In this document: positions 19,698 to 29,233 of the stretch, in pieces | Numbering within the stretch: the first letter of the stretch is position 1 | Layout of the letters: every line of letters starts with the position of its first letter | Assembly (NCBI GenBank): GCA_963753975.1 | Contig: CAVWEH010000002.1 | Coordinates: 672,001 to 736,000 of the forward strand | Source: an uncultured delta proteobacterium | GTDB lineage: Bacteria; Desulfobacterota; Syntrophia; Syntrophales; Smithellaceae | Direction: 5' to 3' | Length of the DNA: 64,000 bases | Notes under the pieces: generated by a model | Seen by the model: the letters and a program-made list of their open reading frames with translations, nothing else | What the model was told of the DNA's origin: nothing | The model's database searches: none | Program-made: the position numbers and the translations under genes

Positions 19698-21158
19698 CTA
19701 TTTTGACAAAAGCGTAATATACAAACTCGTTCCATTGCGGTAAATCAACATCAGGATTTCCTGATCAGGCTTAACCTTACCGACAATCGTATTGTAGTCA
19801 TTAATATTCGAGATTTTCTTTCTGTTTATTTCCATTATGATATCGTTGGCCTGCAATACACTGCTGGCCGGACTATCATCGTCCACAGCAATAACCATGA
19901 CACCTTTGATGCGTGCAGGAATTCCCAGCATTTTTTTCTGGTCGGCTGTAATACTTTGCACATGAATACCGATGAACACGTTCGCTGATTCACTTGTTGT
20001 CGGAGATAGCTTTGCCGGCAACTCGCCGATCTGAACAGATAATGTCTTCTCTTTACCTTCATGAAGAACCTTGATATTTACTTCTGTGCCGGGTTTCGCA
20101 CTGGCGACCATATTTCGAAACTCAGAAATATCATTGACGTCTTTGCTTCCATATTCCAAGATAATATCGCCGCGCTGGATTCCGGCTTTTTGTGCCGGAG
20201 AGTCTTCCGCTATATCACTGACCAAGACACCCTTTTCACTCTTCAATCCGAACTGTCTGGCCAGTACGGAAGTCATAGGCTGAATGCTTACGCCGAGCCA
20301 TCCCCTGATTACTTTGCCCCTTTTAATTAGGCTATCCATCACAACTTGGACCATGTTGCTCGGAATTGCAAAGCCGACACCCTGATATCCTCCAGACGTG
20401 GTAGCGATTGCCGTATTAATACCCACCAGTTCGCCTTTAACATTGACCAAAGCGCCGCCGGAATTCCCTGGATTTATTGCCGCATCAGTCTGAATGAAAT
20501 CTTCATAGTCCGCGATGCCCACATCGGCCCGCCCAATTGCACTGATAATTCCTGATGTCACTGTCTGGTTCAAGCCGAAGGGGTTGCCGATCGCAATTAC
20601 ACTTTCACCTACTTTCAATTTATCCGAATCGCCAAGATTGAGAACCGGAAGATTATGGGTATTGATCTTTACCACGGCCAGATCGGTTCTGGGATCGGCA
20701 CCGACAACTTTACCTTTGAATTGTCTCTTATCGGATAACTTCACTGTAATCTCCTCCGATCCCTGCACCACATGATTGTTGGTTATAATATAGCCCTCTT
20801 TACCTACAATGACACCCGAGCCTAATCCCATTTGTTTATATTTTTCAGGTTTATTATTAAATTGATCGCCGAAGAAATTTCTAAATAAAGGATCATCAAA
20901 AAAAGGATTCGGAATCGATTGGGTGGTTACGGTCCTTTGCGATGAAATATTCACAACTGCCGGTTTGGCAACAGCCGCTAACTCAGACATGGCCCGATCA
21001 ATCCTGGACAAAAGATCAATGGATTCTTTGGAAATATTAACTTCTTGAGCTTGACTGGTTTTAAATATGCCGAAATTTGAAGTAAGAATTGATCCGCAAA
21101 CGATACCGATAAAAATTAAGACTGCTGTAAAGATCAGATACTTTATTTTTGTTTTCAT
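19698..21158 (-). CDS. Do/DegQ-family (HtrA) serine protease with two PDZ domains
   Basis: GSGVI, TNNHV, IQTDAAINPGNSGGAL, RGWLGVSIQ. Confidence 0.95.
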   Translation of the reverse strand: MKTKIKYLIFTAVLIFIGIVCGSILTSNFGIFKTSQAQEVNISKESIDLLSRIDRAMSELAAVAKPAVVNISSQRTVTTQSIPNPFFDDPLFRNFFGDQFNNKPEKYKQMGLGSGVIVGKEGYIITNNHVVQGSEEITVKLSDKRQFKGKVVGADPRTDLAVVKINTHNLPVLNLGDSDKLKVGESVIAIGNPFGLNQTVTSGIISAIGRADVGIADYEDFIQTDAAINPGNSGGALVNVKGELVGINTAIATTSGGYQGVGFAIPSNMVQVVMDSLIKRGKVIRGWLGVSIQPMTSVLARQFGLKSEKGVLVSDIAEDSPAQKAGIQRGDIILEYGSKDVNDISEFRNMVASAKPGTEVNIKVLHEGKEKTLSVQIGELPAKLSPTTSESANVFIGIHVQSITADQKKMLGIPARIKGVMVIAVDDDSPASSVLQANDIIMEINRKKISNINDYNTIVGKVKPDQEILMLIYRNGTSLYITLLSK

Positions 21159-21278
21159 ACTGGCTACCTTTCTTCCTAAAATCATGGGAAAAACTTCAAG
21201 GGCAGTCCGGAGACTGCCTTTGAAGAGCTCCCCTGTCCTTATTCGTTCTAAAATTCAATATCTGTATATTATGGAAAA

Positions 21279-21731
21279 TCAACTTCGCACCAGCAATACA
21301 GGAGATTTGGCTCTTTTCATAACTTTATCGACAACGCCGCCCAGCAAATTTTTCAAAATTCCTGTTTTCCCATGCGAAGCAATTACAATCAGATCAATGC
21401 TTTTTTCTTCCTGTTCTTTGAGTATCTCTTCGTAGGGAATGCCTCTTCTTGTATCATAAACAATTTCTATGTCGGAATGATTGTCCGTAACTTTTTTAAC
21501 TTCCTGTTGCAGTTTATCTTTTGCATTTTTTATACTTTCTTTATAAATTTTCTGGACAACTCCTTCATCCACACAATAATCGACTGCACATTGTTGAAAC
21601 CCGTCATCAATAACATGAAAAAGATAAATCTTGGCTTTATTTTGTTTGGCAATATCTATCGCCTGTTTTAACGCGTTATCCGCATAAACTGAAAAATCCG
21701 TTGGTACTAAGATTTTCTTTGGTGCAAACAT
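21279..21731 (-). CDS. Universal stress protein
   Basis: KILVPTDFS, DLIVIASHGKTG, GGVVDKV..PVLLVR. Confidence 0.93.
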   Translation of the reverse strand: MFAPKKILVPTDFSVYADNALKQAIDIAKQNKAKIYLFHVIDDGFQQCAVDYCVDEGVVQKIYKESIKNAKDKLQQEVKKVTDNHSDIEIVYDTRRGIPYEEILKEQEEKSIDLIVIASHGKTGILKNLLGGVVDKVMKRAKSPVLLVRS

Positions 21732-21810
21732 AATGTCCTCCTTATCTTTATTTATCGTTAATATTTATGATTATTCTGAAATTTACAATAATGGTTGTTC
21801 TGTAGGTAAG

Positions 21811-21829
21811 TAGTAGGATAAAGCTACTA
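21811..21829. promoter_or_regulatory. Inverted repeat TAGTAG-N7-CTACTA upstream of the USP gene
   Basis: Perfect inverted repeat; near-identical copy at 23612-23630. Confidence 0.55.
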
Positions 21830-21858
21830 TTTCTGATTTCTGAAAAACATCTACCGCA

Positions 21859-21895
21859 AAAGATCCTCCTCTGTATTGGACAGAGGAGGATCTTT
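21859..21895 (-). terminator. Intrinsic terminator after ferritin
   Basis: AAGATCCTCCTCTGT/ACAGAGGAGGATCTT stem. Confidence 0.75.
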
Positions 21896-21917
21896 AAATT
21901 ATTCAGGCAATACGTTT

Positions 21918-22454
21918 TTATGCAACAATATTGTAAGCTACCGGATCAAGCGGTGATCCTGCTGTAAAAACACGTGTGGCTAGTTCCCGATCCAGCATCA
22001 AAATGCCTTCTTTGGATGTTTCCACCATGGCCAGTTCGCGGGATACTTTTTCCGTATTTTTTTCTTCTTCAATCTGCTCATTTAAAAACCAGGAAAGCAG
22101 CGGCTCGGAGGTATAGTCGTTTTCTTCACGGGATATTTTTGTCAGATTATTAATTTTTCCGGTGATAAATTTTTCATGTTCATAGGCATCCTGCCAGGCC
22201 TCCAGTGGTTTTTTCCAGGTTGTTTTAATCTGCTTTAAATCCAGCAGCGTTACCTGGCCGCCTCTGTCCAGTATGTGATCATAAAACTTCATGGCATGGA
22301 TCATTTCTTCATGCGCCTGACAACGCATCCAGTGCGCCATACCATCAAGATTCTGTGCGTGGAAATAAGCAGTCATCGATAAATAGATGTAGAACGATTC
22401 CATTTCATGTTTTATCTGTTCATTCATCGCATTTCTTATTTTTTCCCCAATCAT
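21918..22454 (-). CDS. ftnA: Non-heme ferritin
   Basis: NEQIKHEMES.YIYLSM, QAHEEMIHA, YEHEKFIT, WFLNEQIEEE, LDRE. Confidence 0.93.
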   Translation of the reverse strand: MIGEKIRNAMNEQIKHEMESFYIYLSMTAYFHAQNLDGMAHWMRCQAHEEMIHAMKFYDHILDRGGQVTLLDLKQIKTTWKKPLEAWQDAYEHEKFITGKINNLTKISREENDYTSEPLLSWFLNEQIEEEKNTEKVSRELAMVETSKEGILMLDRELATRVFTAGSPLDPVAYNIVA

Positions 22455-22544
22455 CTGCCGCACCTTCCTTTCTTAACTTCAAACCGAATTATCTTTTTTC
22501 TTTTTTCAGCCTCATTCTAACCGATAATATTCCACCGATATTTT

Positions 22545-22718
22545 TTATGATACTTTTTCGACATTTTGTTCATTATATTCCGGCGGCGACTGCAAAAGAC
22601 CGGCAATGCGTGTTTTGTATTCAAGAGCAGGAAAATCTTCTTTCAGTAAATGACCGACTAATTTATCTATACGAAATTGCAACTGCTGCCATCCTTGATC
22701 CATTGTGTTCTGATTCAT
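22545..22718 (-). CDS. Small CsbD/YjbJ-like protein (57 aa), absent from the ORF track
   Basis: AAGGAGG RBS; MNQNTMDQGWQQLQFRIDKLVGHLLKEDF...IAGLLQ loosely follows the YjbJ pattern. Confidence 0.5.
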   Translation of the reverse strand: MNQNTMDQGWQQLQFRIDKLVGHLLKEDFPALEYKTRIAGLLQSPPEYNEQNVEKVS

Positions 22719-22848
22719 AAATGACCTCCTTTATTTGATTATTATGTTGTGTTAACAACTAATTATTTTATTGTTGTAATCGTTCTTTTTTTACTTAAAT
22801 TGAATACTATAGCTCACATTCCCCGCAACTTATGGTGGAGAGCTCCAC

Positions 22849-23466
22849 TTAATCTTTACGTGCCAATTTTGCAGCAATTTGAGCAACATGCTTGCCCTGG
22901 TATCTTGCGGCCTGCAGTTCATTTTCGCTGGGCATTCTTTCACCCTTACCGCCAGCAATGGTGGAAGCGCCATAAGGAGATGAACCGGTGATTTCATCAA
23001 TACGCATTTGCCCTCCAAAAGCATAAGGCAAGCCTACAATGATCATTCCTTGATGAAGCAGGGTAGTATGGAAGCTGAGGATTGTTGATTCCTGGCCTCC
23101 ATGTTGTGTTGCCGAGCTGGTAAAGACACTTCCTACTTTACCGACAAGAAGCCCCTTGGCCCAAACCCCTCCCGTGGAATCGAGAAATTGACGCATCTGA
23201 CCGCACATATTGCCGAAACGCGTCGGTGTGCCGAATATAATTGCATCAGCAGAAACCAAATCGTCTGCAGTACAAACATTAATCTGAGCAGTTTTCTTCT
23301 GAAAATCCAGGGCTCCCATTTTCTTTAAAGCGTCAGCGGGCAAAGTTTCCGGTACGCGATAGATTTTCACTTCGGCGCCTCTGACCTGTTTTACGCCTTC
23401 AGCTACTGCTTCAGCCATTTTATATATATGACCATACATCGAGTAATAAACGATTAGAACCTTCAT
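22849..23466 (-). CDS. wrbA: NAD(P)H:quinone oxidoreductase type IV
   Basis: [33 protein letters not shown]. Confidence 0.96.
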   Translation of the reverse strand: MKVLIVYYSMYGHIYKMAEAVAEGVKQVRGAEVKIYRVPETLPADALKKMGALDFQKKTAQINVCTADDLVSADAIIFGTPTRFGNMCGQMRQFLDSTGGVWAKGLLVGKVGSVFTSSATQHGGQESTILSFHTTLLHQGMIIVGLPYAFGGQMRIDEITGSSPYGASTIAGGKGERMPSENELQAARYQGKHVAQIAAKLARKD

Positions 23467-23611
23467 AACCTTCTTATCCTTCCCTTTGATGACTTTTCAG
23501 TTGGAATGAAATAATTATTCTTATCGCTGTTCTTCCTTACGGATTTCATCTTGCGACTGTAAATTAATGTAAGGGGTGAATGAAAACAATACTGATTAAT
23601 TGTAAGGGAAA

Positions 23612-23630
23612 TAGTAGGTAATGCCTACCA
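23612..23630. promoter_or_regulatory. Inverted repeat TAGTAG-N7-CTACCA upstream of wrbA
   Basis: Same motif and spacing as 21811-21829. Confidence 0.55.
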
Positions 23631-23683
23631 CCCCTTTAAAAGATGATGAAACTTACAAAGGGGATTAAAAGAGAAAAATTTTA

Positions 23684-24772
23684 TTATTCTCGCCTCATGA
23701 CATGTACAGCAGTGGCTTTGAAGGACACGACTACATTTGAATTTTCACGTATGCCCAGATCCTCGCAAGAAGGCGTGGTGATATAAGCAACGAGAGAAAA
23801 ACCGCAGTCCAAAACGAGTTTATAAAAAAACCCTTGCCGGACAATTTTCCCAATTTTTGCGTCAAAGATATTACGCGCGCTTATTTTGCCCTGTGTATCT
23901 TTGGATATCGTAATATTTTCCGGCCGTAAACAACAGTGAACATTTTGTCCCGGAGCGAAATTGCCTACGGCTTCAATAATTTTTCCAGCTACGGAAATCT
24001 CCATCAGGCCTGCATTGCTGCTTTTGACAGTGCCTTCCAAAACCGATTCTGTTCCGACGAAGTTAGCTATAAATTCATCAGCCGGCTGATTAAATATTTC
24101 TGCAGTTGTTCCCGATTGCACGATTTTACCGCCGTTCATGAACGCAACATTCTGTGCCAAACGCAGTGTTTCTTCTCGGTCGTGCAGCGCCACCACGGCC
24201 GTTATTTTTGTTTCCTTTAAAATCCGCTGCAAATCGTCAATGATGGCTTCACGGGAAGGCGGATCAAGAGAGTTAAAGGGTTCATCCAATAAAATCAGTT
24301 GGGGCTGAAGGGCAAAAGCGCGCGCCAGTGATACCCTTCTGGCTTCACCTCCCGAAAGTGATTTCGCCGATCTTTTTTCCAGTTGCGCGATTCCAAAATA
24401 ATCCAATGATTCGCCAACACGATTTTTGATCTCATAATTTTTTACTTTTCGAAATTTCAAACCAAGGGCAACATTTTCATAAACCGAACTACTAAGAAGT
24501 AAGGGCTCCTGAAAAACGACGGCTGCGTTGCGGCGGAGAATCATGCGGTCAACACGCGAATTTATCGGCAATTCTTGGAAATAGAGCTGTCCCTGCCAAG
24601 GCTTCAACAAACCGGCCATCGTTAAAAGCAGGCTGGACTTCCCGGCACCGTTGGGTCCGATCAAGACGAATATTTTCCCCCGTTCCACAGTGAGTTCGCT
24701 AATATTCAATACAGCTACACCGCCGCGCTGAACGATTAAATTTTTAACGGTAAGAATATTCTCAGATTTCAT
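23684..24772 (-). CDS. tupC: Tungstate ABC transporter ATP-binding protein with TOBE domains
   Basis: GPNGAGKS, LSGGE, LLDEP, ISARN...FKATAVH TOBE; operon context. Confidence 0.85.
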   Translation of the reverse strand: MKSENILTVKNLIVQRGGVAVLNISELTVERGKIFVLIGPNGAGKSSLLLTMAGLLKPWQGQLYFQELPINSRVDRMILRRNAAVVFQEPLLLSSSVYENVALGLKFRKVKNYEIKNRVGESLDYFGIAQLEKRSAKSLSGGEARRVSLARAFALQPQLILLDEPFNSLDPPSREAIIDDLQRILKETKITAVVALHDREETLRLAQNVAFMNGGKIVQSGTTAEIFNQPADEFIANFVGTESVLEGTVKSSNAGLMEISVAGKIIEAVGNFAPGQNVHCCLRPENITISKDTQGKISARNIFDAKIGKIVRQGFFYKLVLDCGFSLVAYITTPSCEDLGIRENSNVVVSFKATAVHVMRRE

Positions 24773-25467
24773 CGCGTATGCTGCCTTTGCTGTATCTGCG
24801 TGAGCAGGAGATTAACGAGGAAGGCGAGCAGCAGCAGGATAATACTCAGCGCAATAGCGATGTCAAAATTTCCTTTGCCGGTTTCCATAACCGTGGCTGT
24901 GGTGAGCACGCGTGAATACCCCTTGATATTACCGCCGACCATGATGGAAGCACCAACTTCGGAAATCACTCCTCCAAAACCGGCCATAACCGCCGCCAGA
25001 AGCGGCAACTTTGCTTCTTTGATCAATACCCACACCATCTGCAACCGGCTTGCTCCCAGCGAAAGAATCTGCATGCGCAAATTTGGCGGCAAATTTTGCA
25101 TGGCGGCAAGCGAGATACCCATTACAATGGGCGTAGCAATAATTGCCTGCGCGACAATCATAGCGGTTGGTGTATAAAGAATCTCCATAAACCCTAGAGG
25201 ACCGCTGCGCCAAATCATGATAGTCACAAACAATCCAACAACGACGGGTGGCAAGCCCATCCCCGTATTGATTAAACTGATGACCAGCCTCTTCCCGCGA
25301 AAATTGGTTAAAGCAATGGCTGTTCCAATGGAAACCCCGATGAAAAGGCTGATGAATGTAGCTGTCCCCGATACCTTCAGAGACAGCCATGTAATGCCCA
25401 AAACTTCCGGGTCAAAAGAAATAATCAGCTCAAATGCCTTGATAACGCCTTGTAATATTAATTCCAA
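24769..25467 (-). CDS. tupB: Tungstate ABC transporter permease
   Basis: NTGMGLPPVVVGL, SEVGASIMVGGNIKGYSRVLTTA. Confidence 0.9.
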   Translation of the reverse strand: MELILQGVIKAFELIISFDPEVLGITWLSLKVSGTATFISLFIGVSIGTAIALTNFRGKRLVISLINTGMGLPPVVVGLFVTIMIWRSGPLGFMEILYTPTAMIVAQAIIATPIVMGISLAAMQNLPPNLRMQILSLGASRLQMVWVLIKEAKLPLLAAVMAGFGGVISEVGASIMVGGNIKGYSRVLTTATVMETGKGNFDIAIALSIILLLLAFLVNLLLTQIQQRQHTR

Positions 25468-25491
25468 TCAATGCCTCTGACAATTCTATTG

Positions 25492-26364
25492 CTATTTTCC
25501 TAAATCTTCCATCGTTTTGCCCGCGTCGGGGAAGAACAAAGGCGAACCGAATTTATCCACGCCGAATGTTTTAATTATTTCCTGCGTTTTTTTGGAGATC
25601 ATAAAATCGGCAAATGCTTTCGCACCGGCCGCGTTGACTTTCGACCATTTAGCGCTGTTGACTTCAATCACGTGATAAATATTGAGCAGCGCCGCATCGC
25701 CTTCCACCAGAATATCCAATCCCAGATTTTTCTTGAGGGCTAAATAGGTTCCACGGTCGGCGAGCGTATAGCCTTTTTTCTCCGCCGCAACATTCAAAGT
25801 CTGTCCCATACCTAATCCGGTTTCCTGATACCAATTCTGCCCGACAGGATTGATCTCTGCTTTATTCCATATTTTTTTTTCTTTCGCATCTGTTCCCGAA
25901 TTATCTCCGCGCGATAAAAACAAAGCGTTCGCTTTAGCAATCAACTTAAGTGTTTCAGACGATGATTTCATCCCTTTAATTTTGGCCGGATCAGCACCCG
26001 GTCCGACAATAATGAAATCATTGTGCATCACTAAACGCCGGTTGATGCCATAACCCTCATCGATAAACTTTTTTTCTGCATCCGGTGAATGAACAAGCAG
26101 GACATCCGCTTCGCCCCTCTGTCCCATCGCCATGGCCTGACCGGAACCGACAGCAATAGTCTTGACAAAGTAGCCTGTTTGTTTTTCAAATATAGGAATC
26201 AGCACATCGAGCAATCCTGAGTCCTGCGTGCTCGTCGTTGTCGCCAGAAGAATGTTTTTCTGTTTGGATTGCGGCTTGGCGGCTAAAGAATTTGATGCGC
26301 CAAAGGCAAATAATACCGCCGTGATGAATATAATGATTAATTTATTGTTTCTTAATAATTTCAT
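25492..26364 (-). CDS. tupA: Tungstate ABC transporter substrate-binding protein
   Basis: LATTTSTQDSGLL, VGSGQA, MHNDFIIVGP, SRGDNSGT. Confidence 0.9.
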   Translation of the reverse strand: MKLLRNNKLIIIFITAVLFAFGASNSLAAKPQSKQKNILLATTTSTQDSGLLDVLIPIFEKQTGYFVKTIAVGSGQAMAMGQRGEADVLLVHSPDAEKKFIDEGYGINRRLVMHNDFIIVGPGADPAKIKGMKSSSETLKLIAKANALFLSRGDNSGTDAKEKKIWNKAEINPVGQNWYQETGLGMGQTLNVAAEKKGYTLADRGTYLALKKNLGLDILVEGDAALLNIYHVIEVNSAKWSKVNAAGAKAFADFMISKKTQEIIKTFGVDKFGSPLFFPDAGKTMEDLGK

Positions 26365-26380
26365 TTTACACTCCTTGTAA

Positions 26381-27259
26381 TTAAAATATTTTGATTTGTT
26401 TTATTTTTCTCTGAGCTCTCTGCCATTCTAGAGAATTAGGGAAAAATAGGGGCGAACCGTATTTATCCTTGCCAAAATCCCGGATAATGAGCTGTCCTTT
26501 TTTAGGCGAGGTCAGCCATTTAACAAAGGTTATCGTATCATTGTGATTAACTTTGGGGAATTTTTTTGGATTAACCGGTATGAGTGAAATATAATTTAAA
26601 AGAGCTTCATCACTTTCGACCAGAATGGCCAGCTTAATTTGATCCTTCAGCGATAGATATGTAGCGCGGTCAATCAATGTATAGGCCGCCTGCCGATCCG
26701 TGTATTTCAATGTGGCGACATTCCCCTCCGCACCTTTTTCATAAATCACATACCATGATCTTTCCGGCTTGACGTCCGCTTTTTTCCAGAGCTCCATTTC
26801 CGCCACATTGGTCCCTGATTTATCCCCGCGGCTGATAAAAGTAGAGCCGCTGGTCATAATTTTTTTTAGTGCCTCCGTCGCTATTTTTGATCCCTTAATG
26901 GCGGCGGGATCGGCAGCAGGCCCAACAATAACAAAATCATTGTACATGAGAGGAATTCTTCGTGTACCGAAACCATCAGCGACAAACTTTTCTTCCAAAG
27001 ATTTGGCGTGAACCATCACCAAGTCGATCTGGCCTTTCGTAGCCATATCCAGTGCTGCGCCTGTTCCCGCGCCCACGTGGCGAACACGAATACCCGTATC
27101 TTTTTCAAACCTATCTTCTAAAACGCTGACAATTCCCGAGTCAATGGGGCCGATGGTGCTGGATAACAGGATAAACTTATACCCACCTCCTGCCAGTGCA
27201 ATAGACGGGAAAACTAAAAGAAGTAAGACTAAACATTTACCAATACTTTTTTTCATCAT
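26381..27259 (-). CDS. TupA-like substrate-binding protein, divergent paralogue
   Basis: SSTIGPIDSG in place of TTTS; GAGTGAAL, MYNDFVIVGP, SRGDKSGT. Confidence 0.85.
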   Translation of the reverse strand: MMKKSIGKCLVLLLLVFPSIALAGGGYKFILLSSTIGPIDSGIVSVLEDRFEKDTGIRVRHVGAGTGAALDMATKGQIDLVMVHAKSLEEKFVADGFGTRRIPLMYNDFVIVGPAADPAAIKGSKIATEALKKIMTSGSTFISRGDKSGTNVAEMELWKKADVKPERSWYVIYEKGAEGNVATLKYTDRQAAYTLIDRATYLSLKDQIKLAILVESDEALLNYISLIPVNPKKFPKVNHNDTITFVKWLTSPKKGQLIIRDFGKDKYGSPLFFPNSLEWQRAQRKIKQIKIF

Positions 27260-27301
27260 CCCCGACTCCTTTTCTTACTTTAATATTTTATAGAGAATAG
27301 A

Positions 27302-28219
27302 TCATTGCTGGGAATAAAGAATTTTCCCGGAGTCTCTGAAATCATAACCGCCGATTTTTTCCACACGGCCGCGGAATGCATTCGATTTTAGTGTCTCGAT
27401 GAATGATTGCACGCCCGCTTGAAAATACGTGGATTGATCAAGAATCATATCAAAGCATTCTGAAGTTATAGGCTCAAAAGCCAGCCTTAAAAGCTTTCCT
27501 ATGGCGGCAGAGGCTATACCAACATCGGCTTCACCGGAAAGAATAGAAAGGCCTACCTCAAAATGAGTATAAACTTCTTTTTCATACCCATCGATTTCTT
27601 CAGGATCAATTCCCAATTTCTGTAAATGATAATCCAAAAGCAGCCTCGTTCCCGAACCTTTTTGGCGGTTGATGAAACTAATTTTTCTGCCGGCAAGGCT
27701 TTCAAATCCGGTAATATGAGAAGATTTACTTTGCTGACACAGAAAACCCAGCTCGCGATAAAAGAGGTTGACAACCACGGGGTTAACGTTTTGCAGATAG
27801 CGGGGCAAATACGGGATATTATATTGACCGCTTTCGGGATCGAAAAGATGGGATAAGGCAATATCGGTCAATCCTTCATTGAGCGCTTTTAGACCATTAA
27901 CGCTTCCGGTGTTGGCTGAAAAAATATAAAAATCGGGATGAGATTTTTTTGTCGCGGTCAAGAGCATGTCCAAAACGGGATCGTTACTGCCGGAGGCTAG
28001 AATAGCGCCGCTAATTCTATTGCTCTTATTTCGTGCTTGTTTCAGACCGGATTGCGCATTAGTTTCAATCCATTCATCGATAAATTTTTTGGGGAATATC
28101 CACTTGCCTGTTACCCGCGTGCAGGGAATTCGTCCGGCTTTAATCAAGGCGTAAACCTGTTTTTCGTGGATATCAAGATATTCAGCCACTTCCTTAGTAT
28201 TCATTAATTCTTCAGACAT
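27302..28219 (-). CDS. Excisionase-like HTH plus PBP-domain transcriptional regulator (Mo/W-responsive type)
   Basis: MNTKEVAEYL...RVTGKWIF; GSND, INRQKGSGTR, THFEV, ADVGI. Confidence 0.88.
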   Translation of the reverse strand: MSEELMNTKEVAEYLDIHEKQVYALIKAGRIPCTRVTGKWIFPKKFIDEWIETNAQSGLKQARNKSNRISGAILASGSNDPVLDMLLTATKKSHPDFYIFSANTGSVNGLKALNEGLTDIALSHLFDPESGQYNIPYLPRYLQNVNPVVVNLFYRELGFLCQQSKSSHITGFESLAGRKISFINRQKGSGTRLLLDYHLQKLGIDPEEIDGYEKEVYTHFEVGLSILSGEADVGIASAAIGKLLRLAFEPITSECFDMILDQSTYFQAGVQSFIETLKSNAFRGRVEKIGGYDFRDSGKILYSQQ

Positions 28220-28393
28220 AACACCCCCTAATAGACAGTTTTTTACATAAACGATGCCGACAAGAACTTCAAGGTATATTATTGTAAATCTTTACTAATT
28301 CCTACTTATTATTCCAAGAATCATGTTTAGCAGCCGTATAATTATAGCTTCATACAAAAAATTTCTTGACAAAAGAAAAATAAATGATACACC

Positions 28394-28427
28394 TGTTTCA
28401 AATATTTGTTTAAAGTGATTGTTTCAA
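28394..28427. promoter_or_regulatory. Three TGTTTMAA direct repeats, candidate TetR operator
   Basis: Copies at 28394, 28407 and 28420 (13-bp period) just before the ATG at 28433. Confidence 0.5.
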
Positions 28428-28432
28428 TTAAT

Positions 28433-29062
28433 ATGATCGCTGAAAAAAAAGTAAAACCGAGGGTAGAATCAATACTGAAAGCAGCCGGGGAAATATTTGC
28501 TGAACAAGGCTTTCGCAAAACTACCGTACGGGAAATATGTAAGCGCTCCCGGGTAAACTTAGCAGCAATAAACTATTATTTCGGCGACAAAGAAAGATTA
28601 TATCTGGCCGTTTTAAAATATTACCGTGAACTTGCTATACAAAAATACCCCCTTACTTTCAGCATCAATGAAACGGATACACCCAAAGATAAGCTCAGTA
28701 ATTTTATTCATACTTTTATCTATCGTTTTCTGGAAAAAGGAAAAACTTCATTATTTGGCAAACTTCTTGCCCGGGAATTTACCGAATCTACCGCGGCGTT
28801 AGATGTTTTAGTGGAAGACTTCATCAAGCCAACGTTTATCAAATTATCCTCTATCGTCAGAGAAATTGTGGGCAATAAACCTCCTGACAAAATAATAGAA
28901 CTTTGTGCTATGAGTATTATTGGTCAATGTCTTTATTTCCGTAATGCCCGGCCTATTATTTTCCGGCTGCGGCATAAAGAAGGATATACTGACGAAGACA
29001 TAAAAGAAATAGCCGAACACATAATAAATTTTTCACTAAAAGGGTTGCTTAACTATCAATAA
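28433..29062 (+). CDS. TetR-family regulator (CecR-like C-terminal domain)
   Basis: IFAEQGFRKTTVREIC...NLAAINYYFGDKERLY; SIIGQCLYF, HIINFSLKGL. Confidence 0.9.
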   Translation: MIAEKKVKPRVESILKAAGEIFAEQGFRKTTVREICKRSRVNLAAINYYFGDKERLYLAVLKYYRELAIQKYPLTFSINETDTPKDKLSNFIHTFIYRFLEKGKTSLFGKLLAREFTESTAALDVLVEDFIKPTFIKLSSIVREIVGNKPPDKIIELCAMSIIGQCLYFRNARPIIFRLRHKEGYTDEDIKEIAEHIINFSLKGLLNYQ

Positions 29063-29233
29063 CATATAAACTATGATCAGATAATAAATGTCGAGAAAAA
29101 TATTACTCAACATCATCTTAATTTTTATTATCCGGTCAAAATGTTTCGGTAACGTATATAATTACCAAAGATACAAAACTCAATGTGCAGCAAAGCATTG
29201 AAATTATCAAAAAAGGAATAGGTAAAATTTGGC

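Noticed and set aside
27302..28219. Phage excisionase or mobile element
   Set aside because: The HTH is fused to a PBP domain and heads the tup operon, so it is a regulator; no integrase is adjacent.
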